DNA of 64,000 nucleotides from positions 88,443 through 152,442 of the forward strand of contig JAHDCR010000001.1 of NCBI GenBank assembly GCA_020629795.1, in the 5' to 3' direction. Origin of the DNA: Candidatus Altimarinota bacterium. GTDB lineage: Bacteria; Patescibacteriota; Gracilibacteria; BD1-5; UBA6164. The notes under the pieces are model-generated. The model did no database searches, was not told the DNA's origin, and saw nothing but the letters and a program-made list of their open reading frames with translations. The translations under genes were made by a program, and so were the position numbers. Positions within the stretch are counted from its first letter, which is position 1, and the number at the start of each line of letters is the position of its first letter. Positions 1-13,142 of this stretch are shown in pieces.

Positions 1-915
1 ATTTTTGAGAATATCTATTTGAGCTCCCATCATATAAATAACCTTGTCTGTGTATTCCTGTCCCTCCTGACAATTTTCTTGCCCAAGAAATTCTCTGGCT
101 GAAACAATATCTGAGCAAAACTTCTCATAATCTTTATTTTTTACAGAACTGTGAAAATTATTAGCCGTATCAAGAAACTTTTCATGAACTCACAAAACTT
201 CATCATTATGCATTTGTATATCAGCATACAGTCACGGGTTTTGACCAAGATATCTCCCGACAGATGAGACCATAAGCTTATATATCGGAGAGATAAAGTC
301 CATAGAATCAGCAATATTAAATCCAAGCCGTTTCATCGTCTCTCCTACCACAAACATATTGAGATGCGTGAGTCACTGAACGACTGCCATCATCCTATCA
401 TGATACTCAGGAGTAGATTCTATAACTTTTGCTTTCTGATTTTTGAGAAATGTATGTAAAAATTTATATTCTTGCGTTTCTTTTATCTTCTTCTCGGAAG
501 TCAAAACAAATACCTGTCCTGCAATACTTGAAATATATGGTCAAAACATCGGATGAGTTGGAATGACGATAATATCATCTCGTTTTTGCATTGCTGTACT
601 CGGAAACTTTTTAATGCTCGTTACATCACTTACTACAGCTCCAGATTTAATACTCGCAAGAGTCTCTTCTATAATTTTTTGCGTCAAAGATATAGGTGTA
701 GAATAAATTATTACATCAGCATTTCTAACTGCTGAAATATTATCATCTGTAAAACTAGCTCCTAGTTCTCATGCTACTTTTTCTCACTTATCTCTATTTC
801 TACCCGTAATAGTAACTACTACATGTTCACGAAATTCACTCAAGATATACTGCGCAAGCCATTTCCCAAAACCATCTGTCCCTCACAAGATACTAACTTT
901 ATATATTTTTTTCAT
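1..915 (-). CDS. tyrA: Prephenate dehydrogenase (TyrA family); C-terminal end runs off the window
   Basis: Table-25 translation from ATG 913-915: MKKIYKVSILGGTDGFGKWL (Rossmann GxGxxG, one Gly written TGA), PTHPMFGP, HDRMMAVVQGLTH, GQNPGLYADIQMHN. Frame has no TAA/TAG down to position 1. Confidence 0.8.
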
Positions 916-1745
916 TATCTTTTATATGCTACTACTTTTAAAGGAAATACAATAAGTGCTTGAAATATTCTTCCCAGTCTCTGAAGCTTATTTGGACTGG
1001 TAAATATTCTATAGAGCCACTCAAATCCTAAGTCCCGAAATACTTTTGGAGCTCGCTTCTGAAAGCCAGTATGATAGTCAAAGCTAGAACCTATTCAGAG
1101 TCCGAGTCTAAGCTTTGGACAGAGTTCTAATCATTTGAGCACTGAAAGCTCTTGTTTTTTCATGCCCAGAGTTGAGAATAATATTTGAGCTCCTGACGTA
1201 TGTATTTTTTGAAATATTTCACCAGAATTTTCAGCACTATAGATATAAAAATCAAAATCTAAGTCAGGAAACTTAGCAGAAAGTTTTTCTCTAAAGGTTC
1301 TTTGAGATTCACATTTTTCAAGATCCTGTGGATATGATGGATCAATAATCGCAATTTTGATATTATGTTTCACCGCGACTTCAAGTAAGCTATTTGTCAG
1401 ATCACTACCACAGATTCTCTCACCATATTTTTTATACATAGATTCCTTACGAAATAATATATTAAAAATATATACCGGAAGCATGAGAAATTTTAAAAAC
1501 CTCGGAAGATTTGAGTCATTTATTTGATACCCTATATAGAGCCCAATACCATCACTTGTAAGATAATCAGCACTTTGAAGCACATTTAAAAATTCTTCAT
1601 CTTCAAGCGTTTTGAGGCAAATCTCGGGATTAGGAGTAAAGATAGCTTTTCATATTCACTGTGTATCTTGGATTATATAGTCAGTGATTTCAGCCAGAAA
1701 GGCTCTATATGTGTATTTGGATATTTCCAAGCGAAATATTTTCAT
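915..1745 (-). CDS. WecG/TagA/CpsF-family glycosyltransferase
   Basis: ATG 1743-1745. Track fragment 1131-1583 reads through TGA into GIGSSFDYHTGFQKRAPKVFRDLGFEWLYRI, the family C-terminal signature. TAA 915-917 overlaps the tyrA ATG by 1 nt. Confidence 0.8.
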
Positions 1746-1826
1746 AAATTGGCAAGTAATTATTTTTGACCCCTGAATCAGGGTATGATACTATTATTAT
1801 AGAAATTAATTATTAAAAACCAAGTT

Positions 1827-2078
1827 ATGACTCTCACTCCATGATTTACACCAAGTTCGAAAGCAGATATGAAGAATTCAGTATCTTCACTTGCTCTTGC
1901 TTCTGCCGAAGTACAGTCTTACACATTACAACTCTCTGCTCAAGTTAAGAGTATTCTTGAAACACCACAAGCAGCAAATGATAATAGAGCACCAAGGATG
2001 GAAGAGAGTGAAGGTGAAACTATGCCTAAAAATCCTAAACAAGGACCAGTTCAGCCATGAGAAAGATTAGCTGCTTAA
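1827..2078 (+). CDS. Small hypothetical protein (alternative start 1869)
   Basis: Track ORF 1869-2060 reads through TGA to TAA 2076-2078 (...PVQPGERLAA). TTGACC-N17-TACTAT lies upstream (1766-1794) and a hairpin terminator downstream. No family recognised. Confidence 0.35.
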
Positions 2079-2130
2079 ATATATCGGTTAAAACCTTAAC
2101 TTAGAGAATGCGCCCCTCTCAAGTTTAAGA

Positions 2131-2162
2131 AAAATCCCTCAAATATTTGAGGGATTTTTTTA
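2131..2162 (+). terminator. Rho-independent terminator
   Basis: aaaATCCCTCAAatatTTGAGGGATtttttt: 9-bp stem followed by a T-run. Confidence 0.7.
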
Positions 2163-2181
2163 TTTTCATATACTCTCAATT

Positions 2182-3300
2182 ATGAAAGATAAACTACAAA
2201 ACAAACGCGTTGCCATAGTCTGCGACTGGATAAAGGATTGGTGAGGAGCTGAGATTGTTCTCACGCAGCTACTTGAGATTTTCCCTGATGCCGATATTTT
2301 TACGAGCGTCTTTTATCAGCAATGAAATCCTCTCTTTGAGTGACGCAACATCACTACGAGTTTTATACAAAAGATTCCAGTATTAAATAAATCTCACAAA
2401 CTGGCTCTCACTCTCAGGCAAGATGCTTTTGAGAGTTTTGATCTCACTGCCTATGATATTGTAATATCCAGTACCAGCGCTGAGTCTAAATGAGTGATCA
2501 CAAAACCTGGCTGCTTACAAATATGTTATTGCCATACTCCAACTAGGTACTTTTGGAGCCATTATGATGAGTACTTAAATATGATGGAGTTTGGAATACT
2601 CAATCCAATATGAAAATGGATTATGCCAAAACTTATAAAAAAATTAAGACGCTGGGATTATGCAGCTGCTCAAAGGCCTGATTATTTCATAGCGAACAGC
2701 GAAAATACTCAGTGACGAATCACAAAATACTATAATAGAGAGAGTGAAGTTATATATCCATGTTTAGATATAGAAAATATTCCATTCTCACCAGAAAAAG
2801 AAGATTATTACTTCTATGCAGGAAGAGTCATCCCCTATAAAAAATTTGATTTACTTGTAGAAACATTTAATACAAATGGTCTTCCCCTAAAAATCGTTGC
2901 AAACACAAAAAATAAGCTTTCAGAAGACTTAAAGAAAATTTCAAAGTCTAATATTGAGTGGATCTATGAAACTGATAATAAAGTTATTAATCAGTATCAC
3001 GCTGAGGCAAAGGCATTTCTCTTTCCACCAGAAGAGGATTTCGGCCTAGTCCCTATAGCAGCCCAAGCCACTGGAACACCAGTAATAGCTTACGGGAAAT
3101 GATGAGCTCTCGAAACGGTTGTTTCTTGAGAAACTGGTATATTTTTTGAGGAGCAAACTCCTGAGAGTTTACAAAAAGCCATAGATCAGTTTGAGTCAAT
3201 GACCTTTGACGCTACTATTATTCGTAAACACGCTCAGCAGTTTGATAAAAATGTATTTAAAGAAAAATTATTAAGTTTTATTGAGGAGAAAATTAAATAA
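2182..3300 (+). CDS. Family-4 (group 1) glycosyltransferase
   Basis: 372 aa with TGA=Gly. C-terminal [39 protein letters not shown] matches the GT4 E-x7-E region. TAA 3298-3300. Confidence 0.85.
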
Positions 3301-3320
3301 AGACCTAAATTAGGTCTTTT
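3301..3320. terminator. Bidirectional hairpin between convergent genes
   Basis: AGACCTAaatTAGGTCTttt. The TAG stop of the minus-strand gene (3305-3307) lies inside the 5' arm. Confidence 0.5.
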
Positions 3321-3919
3321 CTTCTGAGGTGATTGTCATATCCAAACTGTTCACAGCGAGCTATACGCGTAATTTCATCAATTTTATAATGTGTTATACT
3401 CGCGTTTGGGACAAACAGACGAGGAACTTCTCTGGTAAGCTCATTGAGCGCTGCGACAAATGCTCGCGTCACTCCTGCATGACAAGACACAAGTATTTTT
3501 TTACCTTTTTGATTATATATATTTTCTCATAAAAATGCTCTAATCCTCTCTGTTACCTGCTCATAGGTTTCTATATTTCCATTATCAGAAAAATAATACG
3601 AGTCTTCCAAATATTCTTCGCTCTTAAGCTCAGAGATAAGTTTATTTTCTCTCGGTCATAAATTGAGCTCTTTGAGTCTATCGTCAGTGATTATAGTATA
3701 GTTTTTATCAGCGCAGTAATCTGAAATTGTATGATATGATCTTTGTAGTGGGCTCGAAAAAACTATATCAAAATTATAATCCTGCTCATGTAAATATTCT
3801 CTGAGAGCCTGAGCTTGCTTTTTTCATTTTTCAGATAATGCAACATCTGTAAATCCAGCAATTCTTCCCTCATCATTCGCTACTGATTCTCCGTGTCGCA
3901 CTATGTATAAATCTATCAT
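3305..3919 (-). CDS. Histidine phosphatase (phosphoglycerate mutase family)
   Basis: MIDLYIVRHGESVANDEGRIAGFTD (RHGE catalytic motif) ... VSCHAGVTRAF. 204 aa, two TGA-Gly codons. Confidence 0.8.
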
Positions 3920-3920
3920 A

Positions 3921-4616
3921 TTATTTTTTAAGTTTCATTATATATTTATCTGCTATGTATTTCCCCTGCAGGTTATTTTTTAGGATACCGTTAATATCTT
4001 CGTGTAATTCATCTAATAAATCTATATGTACTTTATTTCTAGAAATATATTCTATAAGAGACTTTAAAAACTCTACATATTCTAGCTTTTCCAGCTTTGC
4101 TGAAAACATATATCTCACCAGTTCATCAGATTGCATTTGAGAATAAGATTGAATCATATCATAATAAAACTCACTTCCACTCGATAATATACCTTTATTG
4201 AGTGATATAGTTTGTACCCGTGAAAGAATCGTTTCCAAAATTCCTGATTGTGAACTATTGGTAAGTAGTATGATATTTCCCTCTCATGGCTCTTCAAAAA
4301 ACTTTAGACAGCTATTTTGAGCCTGCACGGTCATGCGAGAAATATTCTCGATAAGAAATACTTGAAACTGAAATCTCGGTTTTATTTCACCATTCGTTAT
4401 TATTTTTTTTATTTCTTCAATTTTTATAGCTTCCGTTGAATCTGAAATATGAAAGAGACTTTGTAAATCGATATTATACTCACTCAAAAGTCATACCACA
4501 AAACTCATAAGTTCCGAGTGAAGTATCTCTAAATTTGGAGACAGAAATAAAAAAGGAGAAATTTCTCCACCTTTTTCTATTTGTTGTTGTAATACATTAA
4601 ATTTATTCACCTGCAT
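3921..4616 (-). CDS. holB: DNA polymerase III delta-prime subunit (short form)
   Basis: FLIENISRMTVQAQNSCLKFFEEPGEGNIILLTNSSQSGILETILSRVQ matches the clamp-loader sensor region. Track fragments 4284-4487 and 3921-4238 are joined by TGA. ATG 4614-4616. Confidence 0.75.
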
Positions 4617-4983
4617 CTATCTCACCAAGAATATCTTTAAACAATTCTTCTAAGTCTTCTTCGTAGGATTCTAATTCTTGAGTTTCTATACTCCCACTTG
4701 CGGAAGTTTCAGATTCTATATTTGCAGATGTTTCATCTTCATTTCACTGAGTATTTTGTTGAGTATTGTCTGTATCTAAATCTGTATTTTCTTCTATATC
4801 TTCGTTTTCAGATTCAATCTCGTCTTGATCTGTATCTTCTTGTGATTCTTCTTCTAGCATTTCTTGCTCAACTTCTAACTGAGTTCCTGTACTCGTAACT
4901 TCAAGCTCACCTCTACTAAAACATCCACCCAAAGCTAATGTAACAGCCAAAAAAACTAACAAAGATATATATTTCATAATCAT
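4603..4983 (-). CDS. Acidic lipoprotein, hypothetical
   Basis: MIMKYISLLVFLAVTLALGGC has a signal peptide plus lipobox. The remainder is Asp/Glu-rich. Reads through TGA 4744-4746 to TAA 4603-4605, overlapping the holB start. Confidence 0.6.
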
Positions 4984-5052
4984 TTTTTAAATGCTAAGTC
5001 TTCCCATAAATACTAGCAAAAAAGCTTTCTTTTGCAAATTTTTTCATATAAT

Positions 5053-7767
5053 ATGAACACTTTAAAAGAAAGAAAATTATCCACTAAATCAAGAAAATAC
5101 GTGATAGAATCAATCATCAATAGCATATTTGGAGATGCTGACAGCAAAAAAATAAAAAAATACGAAAAAGACCTCGAAAAAATCAGAGATCTAGAACAAA
5201 AATTTTCATCTATGACTCTCGAAGATATACAAGCTAGAAATATGGAAATTATTTCTAGTTTTAAAGATTTAGATCTAGATACTCAGGATTGAAGCAAGGC
5301 AATCAAAGAGTGACTTGAAAGTATAAAACACGAAGCTGGGGCTCTCTGGCTCAGAGCATGTAGCCTCATATCAGGCATAGATCATGAGTTAGAAAATGGA
5401 AAAACTCTTCACTGGAATATGCTGCCGTATGATGTACAAATTATTGGTGGTCTCGCACTTCACGATAGTAATATAGCTGAAATGAAAACCTGAGAATGAA
5501 AAACTCTCGTGGCTACATTTGCAGCCTATCTTAACGCGCTTTCATGATTTTCTGTACATATCGTAACAGTAAATGATTATCTTGCTCAGCGTGACGCAAT
5601 GGAAATGTGAGTACTCTATAATGCTCTTGGTCTCTCTGTTTGAGTCGTTTCTCATAATCAAGATAGAACGGTAAAAAAAGAAGCTTACAACAAAAATATA
5701 GTTTACGCAACCAATAACGAGCTCTGATTTGACTACCTGAGAGACAATATGGCTGTTGAGGCTAAAAATATGGTTATGGGAAAAAGATTTTTTGCTATTA
5801 TTGATGAAGTTGACTCTATTCTCATCGATGAAGCAAGAACTCCTCTTATCATCTCAATGCCTGATAACGAACCAACTCAAAAATACATTACATTTGCCTC
5901 TTACGCTCAAAAACTCCAATCAGGAACCCACTATAAAATTGATGAAAAGGCAAAAACATCTACCCTCACAGATGCAGGTATTAAAAAGATTGAAGAAATG
6001 CTATGAGTCGAAAATATCTATGCATCTGACAGATATAATGATATTCATCATATAGAAAATGCGCTGAGAGCACAAAGTGTATATATTCGGGACAAGGACT
6101 ACATCGTAAATGGTGAGGAAGTTATGATCGTAGATGAGCATACAGGGAGAGCTCTCGCAGGAAGACGTTACTCTGATGGACTTCATCAAGCTCTTGAAGC
6201 AAAGGAAGGAGTGAAAATCCAACAAGAGTCTAAAACTCTTGCGAGTATTACCTTTCAAAATTATTTCAGGATGTACTGGAAACTCGCTGGTATGACAGGT
6301 ACTGCAAAAACAGAAGAAGAAGAGTTTTACAAAGTATACAGTCTTGAAACTCTTGTTATTCCAACTAATAGACCAATAGCGAGAGAAGATAAAGCTGATC
6401 TCCTGTTTAAAAATGAAAAAGGAAAATTTGAATATGTCGTTGAATATATTAAGGATTTGCATAAGTCAGGGCAACCTATTCTTGTAGGGACAGTATCAGT
6501 TGAAAAATCTGAGTATTTATCTCAAAGACTTACTCAGGCAAATATCCCTCACAATGTACTTAATGCAAAACAACATGAGCGAGAAGCTGAAATTGTAGGG
6601 GCAGCTGGGCAGAAATGAGCTGTTACAATCGCAACTAATATGGCCGGTCGTGGTACTGATATTAAACTTGGTGAATGAGTGAAAGACTTAGGTGGTCTTA
6701 TTATCCTTGGAACAGAAAAACACGAAACTCGTCGTATAGATAACCAGCTTCGTGGTCGTGCTGGTCGTCAAGGTGATCCAGGTATGACACAATTCCTCAT
6801 TTCTCCAAATGATGATATTATGCGAATATTTGGTGGTGATAAACTCTTTGGAGTATTTAATTCTCCGATGTTTGCAGCGCTACCTGATAATGAGCCTTTG
6901 ACACAGAGCTCTATGCTCACCCGAAAAGTTACTGGTGTTCAAAAACAAGTAGAATGACATCATTTTGATAGCCGAAAGCATGTCCTAGAATATGATGACG
7001 TTATCAATAAACACAGAGAAATTATATATGCTCGCAGAAATACTCTCCTGACTCAAAGTGATGATTGGGAAGTACTTGAAAAACGCATCAAGGATACGGT
7101 CTATAATAAAATTAGATCATTGGTTATGACTCTCGAAGCAAAATGAGGAAAAGACGCTCAAAAATCTAATATAGTGGAAAGTGTCCATAACTATCTATGA
7201 AGAAACATTATAGATGATTTACTCGAAAAAGAAGACATATCTGGAATTATAGGAAGCAGTGTATTAGCTGATTATATAGCGGATAGAGCTGTAGCTGAGA
7301 TAGATATATTAAAATCTGAAGCTCCAAGTGAGAATGCATTTCATGAACTGGTAAAACGAATTATGCTTCAAGCAATTGATAGACTTTGGATGAATCATAT
7401 CGACGGTATGAGCAAACTCAGAGAACAAGTAGCATTTGTATGATACGCGCAAAAACAACCACTTATGGTCTATAAGGAAAAAGCATTTGATAAATTTCAT
7501 GATTTGCTTTCTGAAATAGAGCTTAAAACGGTAAAGGCTGTTTTTTCTATCAACCCAAATACGCAGATTAAAATTCAAAGAATTGATGATTCAAAATTAG
7601 AAGTACAATCTACTGATATTGAAAATATGAAATCCGCTCCAAACACTACACAAACACCATCCCCAGCTAACTTAAATCAACCTAGCCCAAAGGTAAACCC
7701 TCTATTCAATCAACCTCAAAAAGGCTTTCGACAAGCTCCAAGTAAAAAAAAGAAAATTAGAGTTTAA
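5053..7767 (+). CDS. secA: Preprotein translocase ATPase SecA
   Basis: Five track fragments in one frame joined by TGA. Motifs: MKTGEGKTLVA (both Gly are TGA, 5491-5499), [52 protein letters not shown] 5053. Confidence 0.95.
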
Positions 7768-7773
7768 AAAATA

Positions 7774-7807
7774 AAAAGTTCGACCTTATGTCGAACTTTT
7801 TATTTTT
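7774..7807. terminator. Bidirectional rho-independent terminator
   Basis: AAAAGTTCGACcttatGTCGAACTTTT flanked by an A-run and a T-run, between convergent secA and 7806-8201. Confidence 0.75.
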
Positions 7808-8201
7808 AAAATGTCATATTATTCGGATCTAATTCTTCTATACCCTCGTCTTCTTCATTGGTATTTAGTTCTTGGTACACCAATACTGATAATTCAGCTA
7901 AAGTATTAGCAAAATCAATTCAAATTCATAATCTTTCAGATAAAAAATCCTGAAATGTTCATTCACTTAATGCATGATAATCTTCAAGCAATGAATTAAT
8001 TCATCATGCATTTTTAGTTATTCTTTTACCATGAGCAGACGCTTCATCATAAAACGATTCCTCATCTATTTTATCTGGTATAATAAGTAATTTATCAGCT
8101 GTTCCTCTCGTATCCCTTAAAAGTTTTGGTGTAGTACTCTTAACATCAAATTCCTCTGGAAGTTCGTCTCAAATTGGAAAAAAAAATTTGCTTCGACTCA
8201 T
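7806..8201 (-). CDS. Hypothetical protein (131 aa)
   Basis: ATG 8199-8201 to TAA 7806-7808 with no TAA/TAG. Seven in-frame TGA codons. No motif recognised. Confidence 0.5.
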
Positions 8202-8360
8202 ATTTTTGCTATTAAATAATATCTAACACAAGTTATTATTACATAAATAATTAAAAGTCAATATTATTGACTCACTTTTACGATTAACGTCAAGCTATTT
8301 TCTATGATATTTTTAAAACATATGCTATTATAAAAGAGATTATTACTCAAACAAAAATAC

Positions 8361-11252
8361 ATGTCAGCACCATTTGACCCAACAAAATTCAATCTTGATC
8401 CAGATTCTGAGGAAACACCAAAACAACAAGCATCTAAAATTAGCTCTTCTGATGATATTTTATGAAGTATACAAGTTCCAAAAACTCCTGTAGACTCTTC
8501 AACTGTCAAAAAGACTTGAACAGAAGTACCCCCTGCACCTAAAACTGGAGATATACTTGATACCATTAATACTCCAAAACAGCCAGAAACAATAGATATC
8601 AAGGCAAGTAACGAAAAAAAACAGGTAAATAGCTTGCCATTAGAAGAAAAGCAACTATCGGAAAAGGAAATCAAAACAGAAGCAAAGATTCCTGAGAGTA
8701 CACAAAAAGTAATAGATATAAATATTGCTTCTCTAGAAGACATTGTAACTCTCGTATCAGAAAAAGAATATGAATATGTTCTTATAGAGCCTCAAGATAC
8801 GCAGGTAAAAATCACATTTCGACAAGATAATATTGATAAAGACATTCGTTATGTGAAATTCCCAGTTTATACGAGCATATTATTTAAAATCAAACAGCTT
8901 ACTGGTTTGACTGTAGAAGATACGGTAAGTAGCCAAGAATGAAAAGGAACTCTTAAAATTTGAAGCAAGACTTTCAAGATAGCAAGTAAAACTGCCTCAG
9001 GAGAAAACGGAGAAAAAATTTGGCTCAAATCTACACAAGAACAAGCTGAAAAATGAAAAAAACAAGTAAAAAAGACTCCTCTTTCTACAATATTTGGATT
9101 CCTGTGAGCAATACTTTTTGTTTCACTGGTACTATGAAGCGCTTTTATTACATTCATAGTAATGAACGCGAGTGATGTCCAAGATGTACAGTTTTTTATA
9201 GACTTGTGAATCAATATAAATGATGTGAATACTTTTATTCGAAAGGTAGTAAATATCATATTTTCGATATTACTTTTTATAACAAGTGTAGCTCTCTCGT
9301 TTGCACTGTTTAAGTTTTTTATTACAAAAAAAACGCTTAAAAGAAAAAAGGTAACATACTGACTTCTCTCTACCTTCTTACTTATTATAACTTTTGCAAT
9401 TGGTATTTCATGGATGGCTATTGATCAAAAAATTAAAGCTCTTCCAAACTGGCAAGAAAAAATATACGGAAACCTTAAAATTTTCGATAATGATCTCCTT
9501 ATTAGTGAAGATTTTCAAGAAGGTCAAGCTATCTTAACTCAAACCCAAGACCTTGTTTGACCAGTAACACTTAAGTTTGACTTAGAAAACTATCAAAATA
9601 GCCAAGCAAAAAAATGAATTGAGATAAATAAGTACATATGGAGTTTCTGAAATGAAGAAATTGAAACATTTACACCGACCATAACAAAATTATTTTCAGA
9701 CAAGTGAAACTATGAAATATTTGTTACTACTCTTGGAACTGATATTAACGGTGAAGAAATAGAGCAAGAAATCTCAAACATCCCTGCTGTATCGGTATCA
9801 CATATTGTAGAAATTACAGAAGAAACGACTACAAATGGGAGAAAGAGATTAGAGCTGGACGCAAGTGATTTAGAAAATCTTTGAAAAATTAAGTGGTATT
9901 TTAAAACACCTGCCACATCAGAAAACTATGAAGTACCATATCCTGAGTGGACTCATGAGGATGGAGCTGAATGATATACATTTTTCCCAAGGAGATTATT
10001 CGAAAGTGATGTATTTGTATGAGTTTCCATTATAAACGGATCAACAGTAGATGAAACTATAAATAAGGTATTTGTTATAGCTGCAGATAAAGCATCAGAA
10101 ATATCTGGAGAGATACAATTTACGCAATCTCTCGAGAATGAACTTAGTTTTAATTTTAGCGTTGCAGATCCTAGTACATGATTCGCAAATGGTTTTATTG
10201 ATAGTTTTGAATGGACCATAGAAAATAAAACCTATTCTAGTCAGGCTGAGATTTGAGAAAGTGAAACTTCCCCTATTATAAAACATGTATTTAAAAACTA
10301 CTGAGAGCAAGAAGTTTCAGTGAAACTGACTGATTCGACTGGAAAATCAGAAACAATAACAAAGACTATAACTATCCAGAAAAAAGTTGAACTCATAGCA
10401 TGACTCTTTATTACAGATATGCAATGAGATGAGTTAGAAGGTATTATTTATGATGATAAAACAAATGAATACTTTATAGATGACATCGGTATACCAATTG
10501 AGCTAAAGCTCGATACAAAGTATGTAAAACCAGTAAATAGACTCTACTCACTCAAAAGCGTGACTTGGGATGCTAAAAATGATGGAAATATAGATGGAAA
10601 TGAAAAAACATATTCATGGGATATACCAACAGAATGAACTCATAATCTCGTGGTTGAATATACTTTTCAACATATTAAAAATACTGAGGATCAAATTACA
10701 TTAAAGGAATTTATCAGTGTTTTATGAGTCAAAAAAGAAGCTATACTAGACTTACAATTAGAGTATGCATCAAACTATGCTCCTGTGGTAGTAAGATTTG
10801 ATGCATCGAAAAGTTTTATTAAAAACGATGATATTATTAAATTTATTTATGACTATGGAAATGGTGTAGTAGAAGAAAGAGATGCCATCAATCCATGACA
10901 TAGATATAGAGAGGCTTGAGATTATACTATTAAACTCACGGTCGTTGGAGAAAGCTGAAAAAGATACTCTATGGAGAAAGATCTTATACTCCTCCCACCT
11001 GCTCAAGAGATTAGTATCAGTCCGAGTCTGAAAAGAGCTCCTATTGGACAATGAATAGATTTTTCATCTGCTGAAAGTGCCGGTCAAATAGTAGAGTATT
11101 TCTGGGATTTTGGAGATGGAAATATTTCAACTGCTGCAAATCCAACTCATAGCTTTAAAAAAGCTGGTACCTACACCGTCAAACTTCAAGCTGACTTTGC
11201 CAACAGTAATATTAAAGAAGATGTAGTTGAAATAGAAATCTACGAAGAATAA
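8361..11252 (+). CDS. Membrane protein: PilB/GspE-like N-domain, TM segments and PKD-like repeats
   Basis: 963 aa. EYVLIEPQDTQVKITFRQDN...ILFKIKQLTGL...SSQEGKGTLKIG...GENGEKIWLK resembles the N-half of T2SS/T4P ATPases, but no Walker A is present. Three hydrophobic helices follow. C-terminus has FWDFGDGNISTAANPTHSFKKAGTYTVKLQA (PKD signature). Confidence 0.7.
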
Positions 11253-11257
11253 ATTTT

Positions 11258-11285
11258 AAAAGCTCTCAGTATCCTGAGAGCTTTT
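11258..11285. terminator. Bidirectional rho-independent terminator
   Basis: AAAAGCTCTCAGtatcCTGAGAGCTTTT between convergent genes. Confidence 0.75.
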
Positions 11286-11292
11286 AAAATTA

Positions 11293-12570
11293 TTATTTTT
11301 TTATAATTCTATAGTTTTTCTTTCCCTTACGTATAAGCAGAAATCTATCATCAATGAAATCACCAGAAAAATCATAATGCCCATCTTCGATTTTTACTTC
11401 ATTTATAAACATTCCTCCTCAAAGGAGTGTTTGTCTTGCTGATGAACCAGATTTTTCTAAATCTGTATCAATAAATAATCCAAATAAGTTTTGACCTGCA
11501 TACTGCATTCATCAAATTTCTGTAAAAAACATATCAAACTCACTATCACTAAGTGACTTTAGGAGCTCTAGTTTATCTTCACTACCAAACAAGAATTCTG
11601 TAACATTTGCAGAAAATTTCGCATCTTGCTCTCCGTGAATGATATTCACAACTTCAAAAGCTAATCGTTTCTGACCTATTCTCTTTTCTGGTGACTCATT
11701 ATGTTCTTTAATTATATCTGCTATTTCTTCTAATTCTAAGAGAGTGAGAAGCTTAAGATATCTTTCAATATCTGCATCTTCACTGTTCATAAAATATTGA
11801 AAAATAGCATAAGGTGTTGTCTTATTTCTATCTAAGAAAAGAGCATTTCCCTCTGATTTTCAGAATTTTTTTCCACTTGCATCTGTGATGAGTGGCCAAG
11901 TAAAACAATAGGTTTCATCCTCTGTTTTTTTTCGAATAAGCTCTATTCCTGTAACGAGATTCCCCCATTGATCTTGACCTCCCATTTGGAGATTTACTCC
12001 CATATTTTTATGAAGATAGTAGTAATCAAAGCCTTGCAAGAGCATATACGAGAACTCTGTATATGATATCGATTTACTAGGATCCTCAATACGAGTTTTT
12101 ACGGTATCTTTAGACATCATCTGATTAACCGTATGAAATTTTCATACCTCTCTAAGAAAATCAAGATACGAAACTCCCTGATAAAAATCCAGATTATTTA
12201 CGATTTCAAAATCTAGCTTTTTACCAGTATTCTCCGAAAGCCGTTTTAAAATAGAGTTAAACTGATTTCAGATTGCAGCAACATTATTTGAAAGAGTCTC
12301 CTCATCAAGAAATGTTCTCTCAGAATCCTTTCATCCAGGATCTCATACCATTCACGTTGCTCCTCCTACTAGTGCATAATACTTATTCCCTGCAAGCATG
12401 AGCTGAACTGCTGTCATAAAACCAATAAAGTTCCCCATATGAAGTGAATCTGCTGTAGGATCAAATCCCACATAAAATTTTTCTGTTCCCTGTTCTAATT
12501 TTTCAAAAATATCATCATTAGAACATTGGTATAAATATCCTCTCTCTTGTAAATATTGCTGTAATTGCAT
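11293..12570 (-). CDS. tyrS: Tyrosyl-tRNA synthetase
   Basis: FYVGFDPTADSLHMGN (HIGH-type), GGQDQWGN, GKKF-G-KSEGNA (KFGKS with the Gly written TGA at 11860-11862), and a C-terminal S4-like domain. Three track fragments share one frame. Confidence 0.95.
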
Positions 12571-12649
12571 AAAAAAATTTTCAAATAATAACTTGTCTCT
12601 ATAATAGAAAAAAAGCGAAGTAGCGCAATAATTTTTAAGAGATATAGCA

Positions 12650-13075
12650 ATGAAACTTTTTGCGAGAGATATATGGGAAAGTACGCAACCAGAGGATTTA
12701 TGAAAAGAGAAATGTAAGTTTTGCGATGAGTTTATAGATCTCAGCTATCAAATACATGAGACGCAATATTGGAGGGTCTTACACAATAAATTTCCAGTAT
12801 TATGAAACCCGAAACATCTCATGGCAATTCCAAAATCCCACTATACTATGGCTCACGAAATTCCGGGAACAGTCATGGCAGACTATCCGAAGGTAGAAAA
12901 ATTCATATATGAGTTTTACGGAACTGATTCATATTTTACCTTTATGAGAGAATCTTTAAAAAACCGTAGTATGGAACATATCCATTATCATTTTTTACCC
13001 GGAAAAATTAATTATAAACATTTAGAGTATATTTTAAAAGATCAATGATTTATACAGGAAGAAGTAGAATCTTAA
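12650..13075 (+). CDS. HIT-family (histidine triad) protein
   Basis: ...NRSMEHIHYHFLPG carries the HxHxHxx triad. ATG 12650. Three TGA-Gly codons. Confidence 0.7.
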
Positions 13076-13142
13076 TTTTTTCTTGCAGATAGTTATTTTT
13101 GCCGTATATTATTTTTATACACCCTAAACGCTCTATTTCAAG

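Noticed and set aside
1869-2078. The reading frame contains ...AANDNRAP...GERLAA followed by a stop, which looks like an SsrA (tmRNA) tag with an AND-type start and an LAA end. The context TAGCTGCTTAAATATAT recurs at 28620-28636.
   Set aside because: No tRNA-like domain is present nearby: no GGGG-type 5' acceptor strand, no T-arm (GGTTCGA-like) and no 3' CCA-proximal stem. The frame is far longer than known tags and has in-frame ATGs upstream. The AA* endings elsewhere are explained by stop codons lying in GCAGC-TTAA-GCTGC terminator palindromes.
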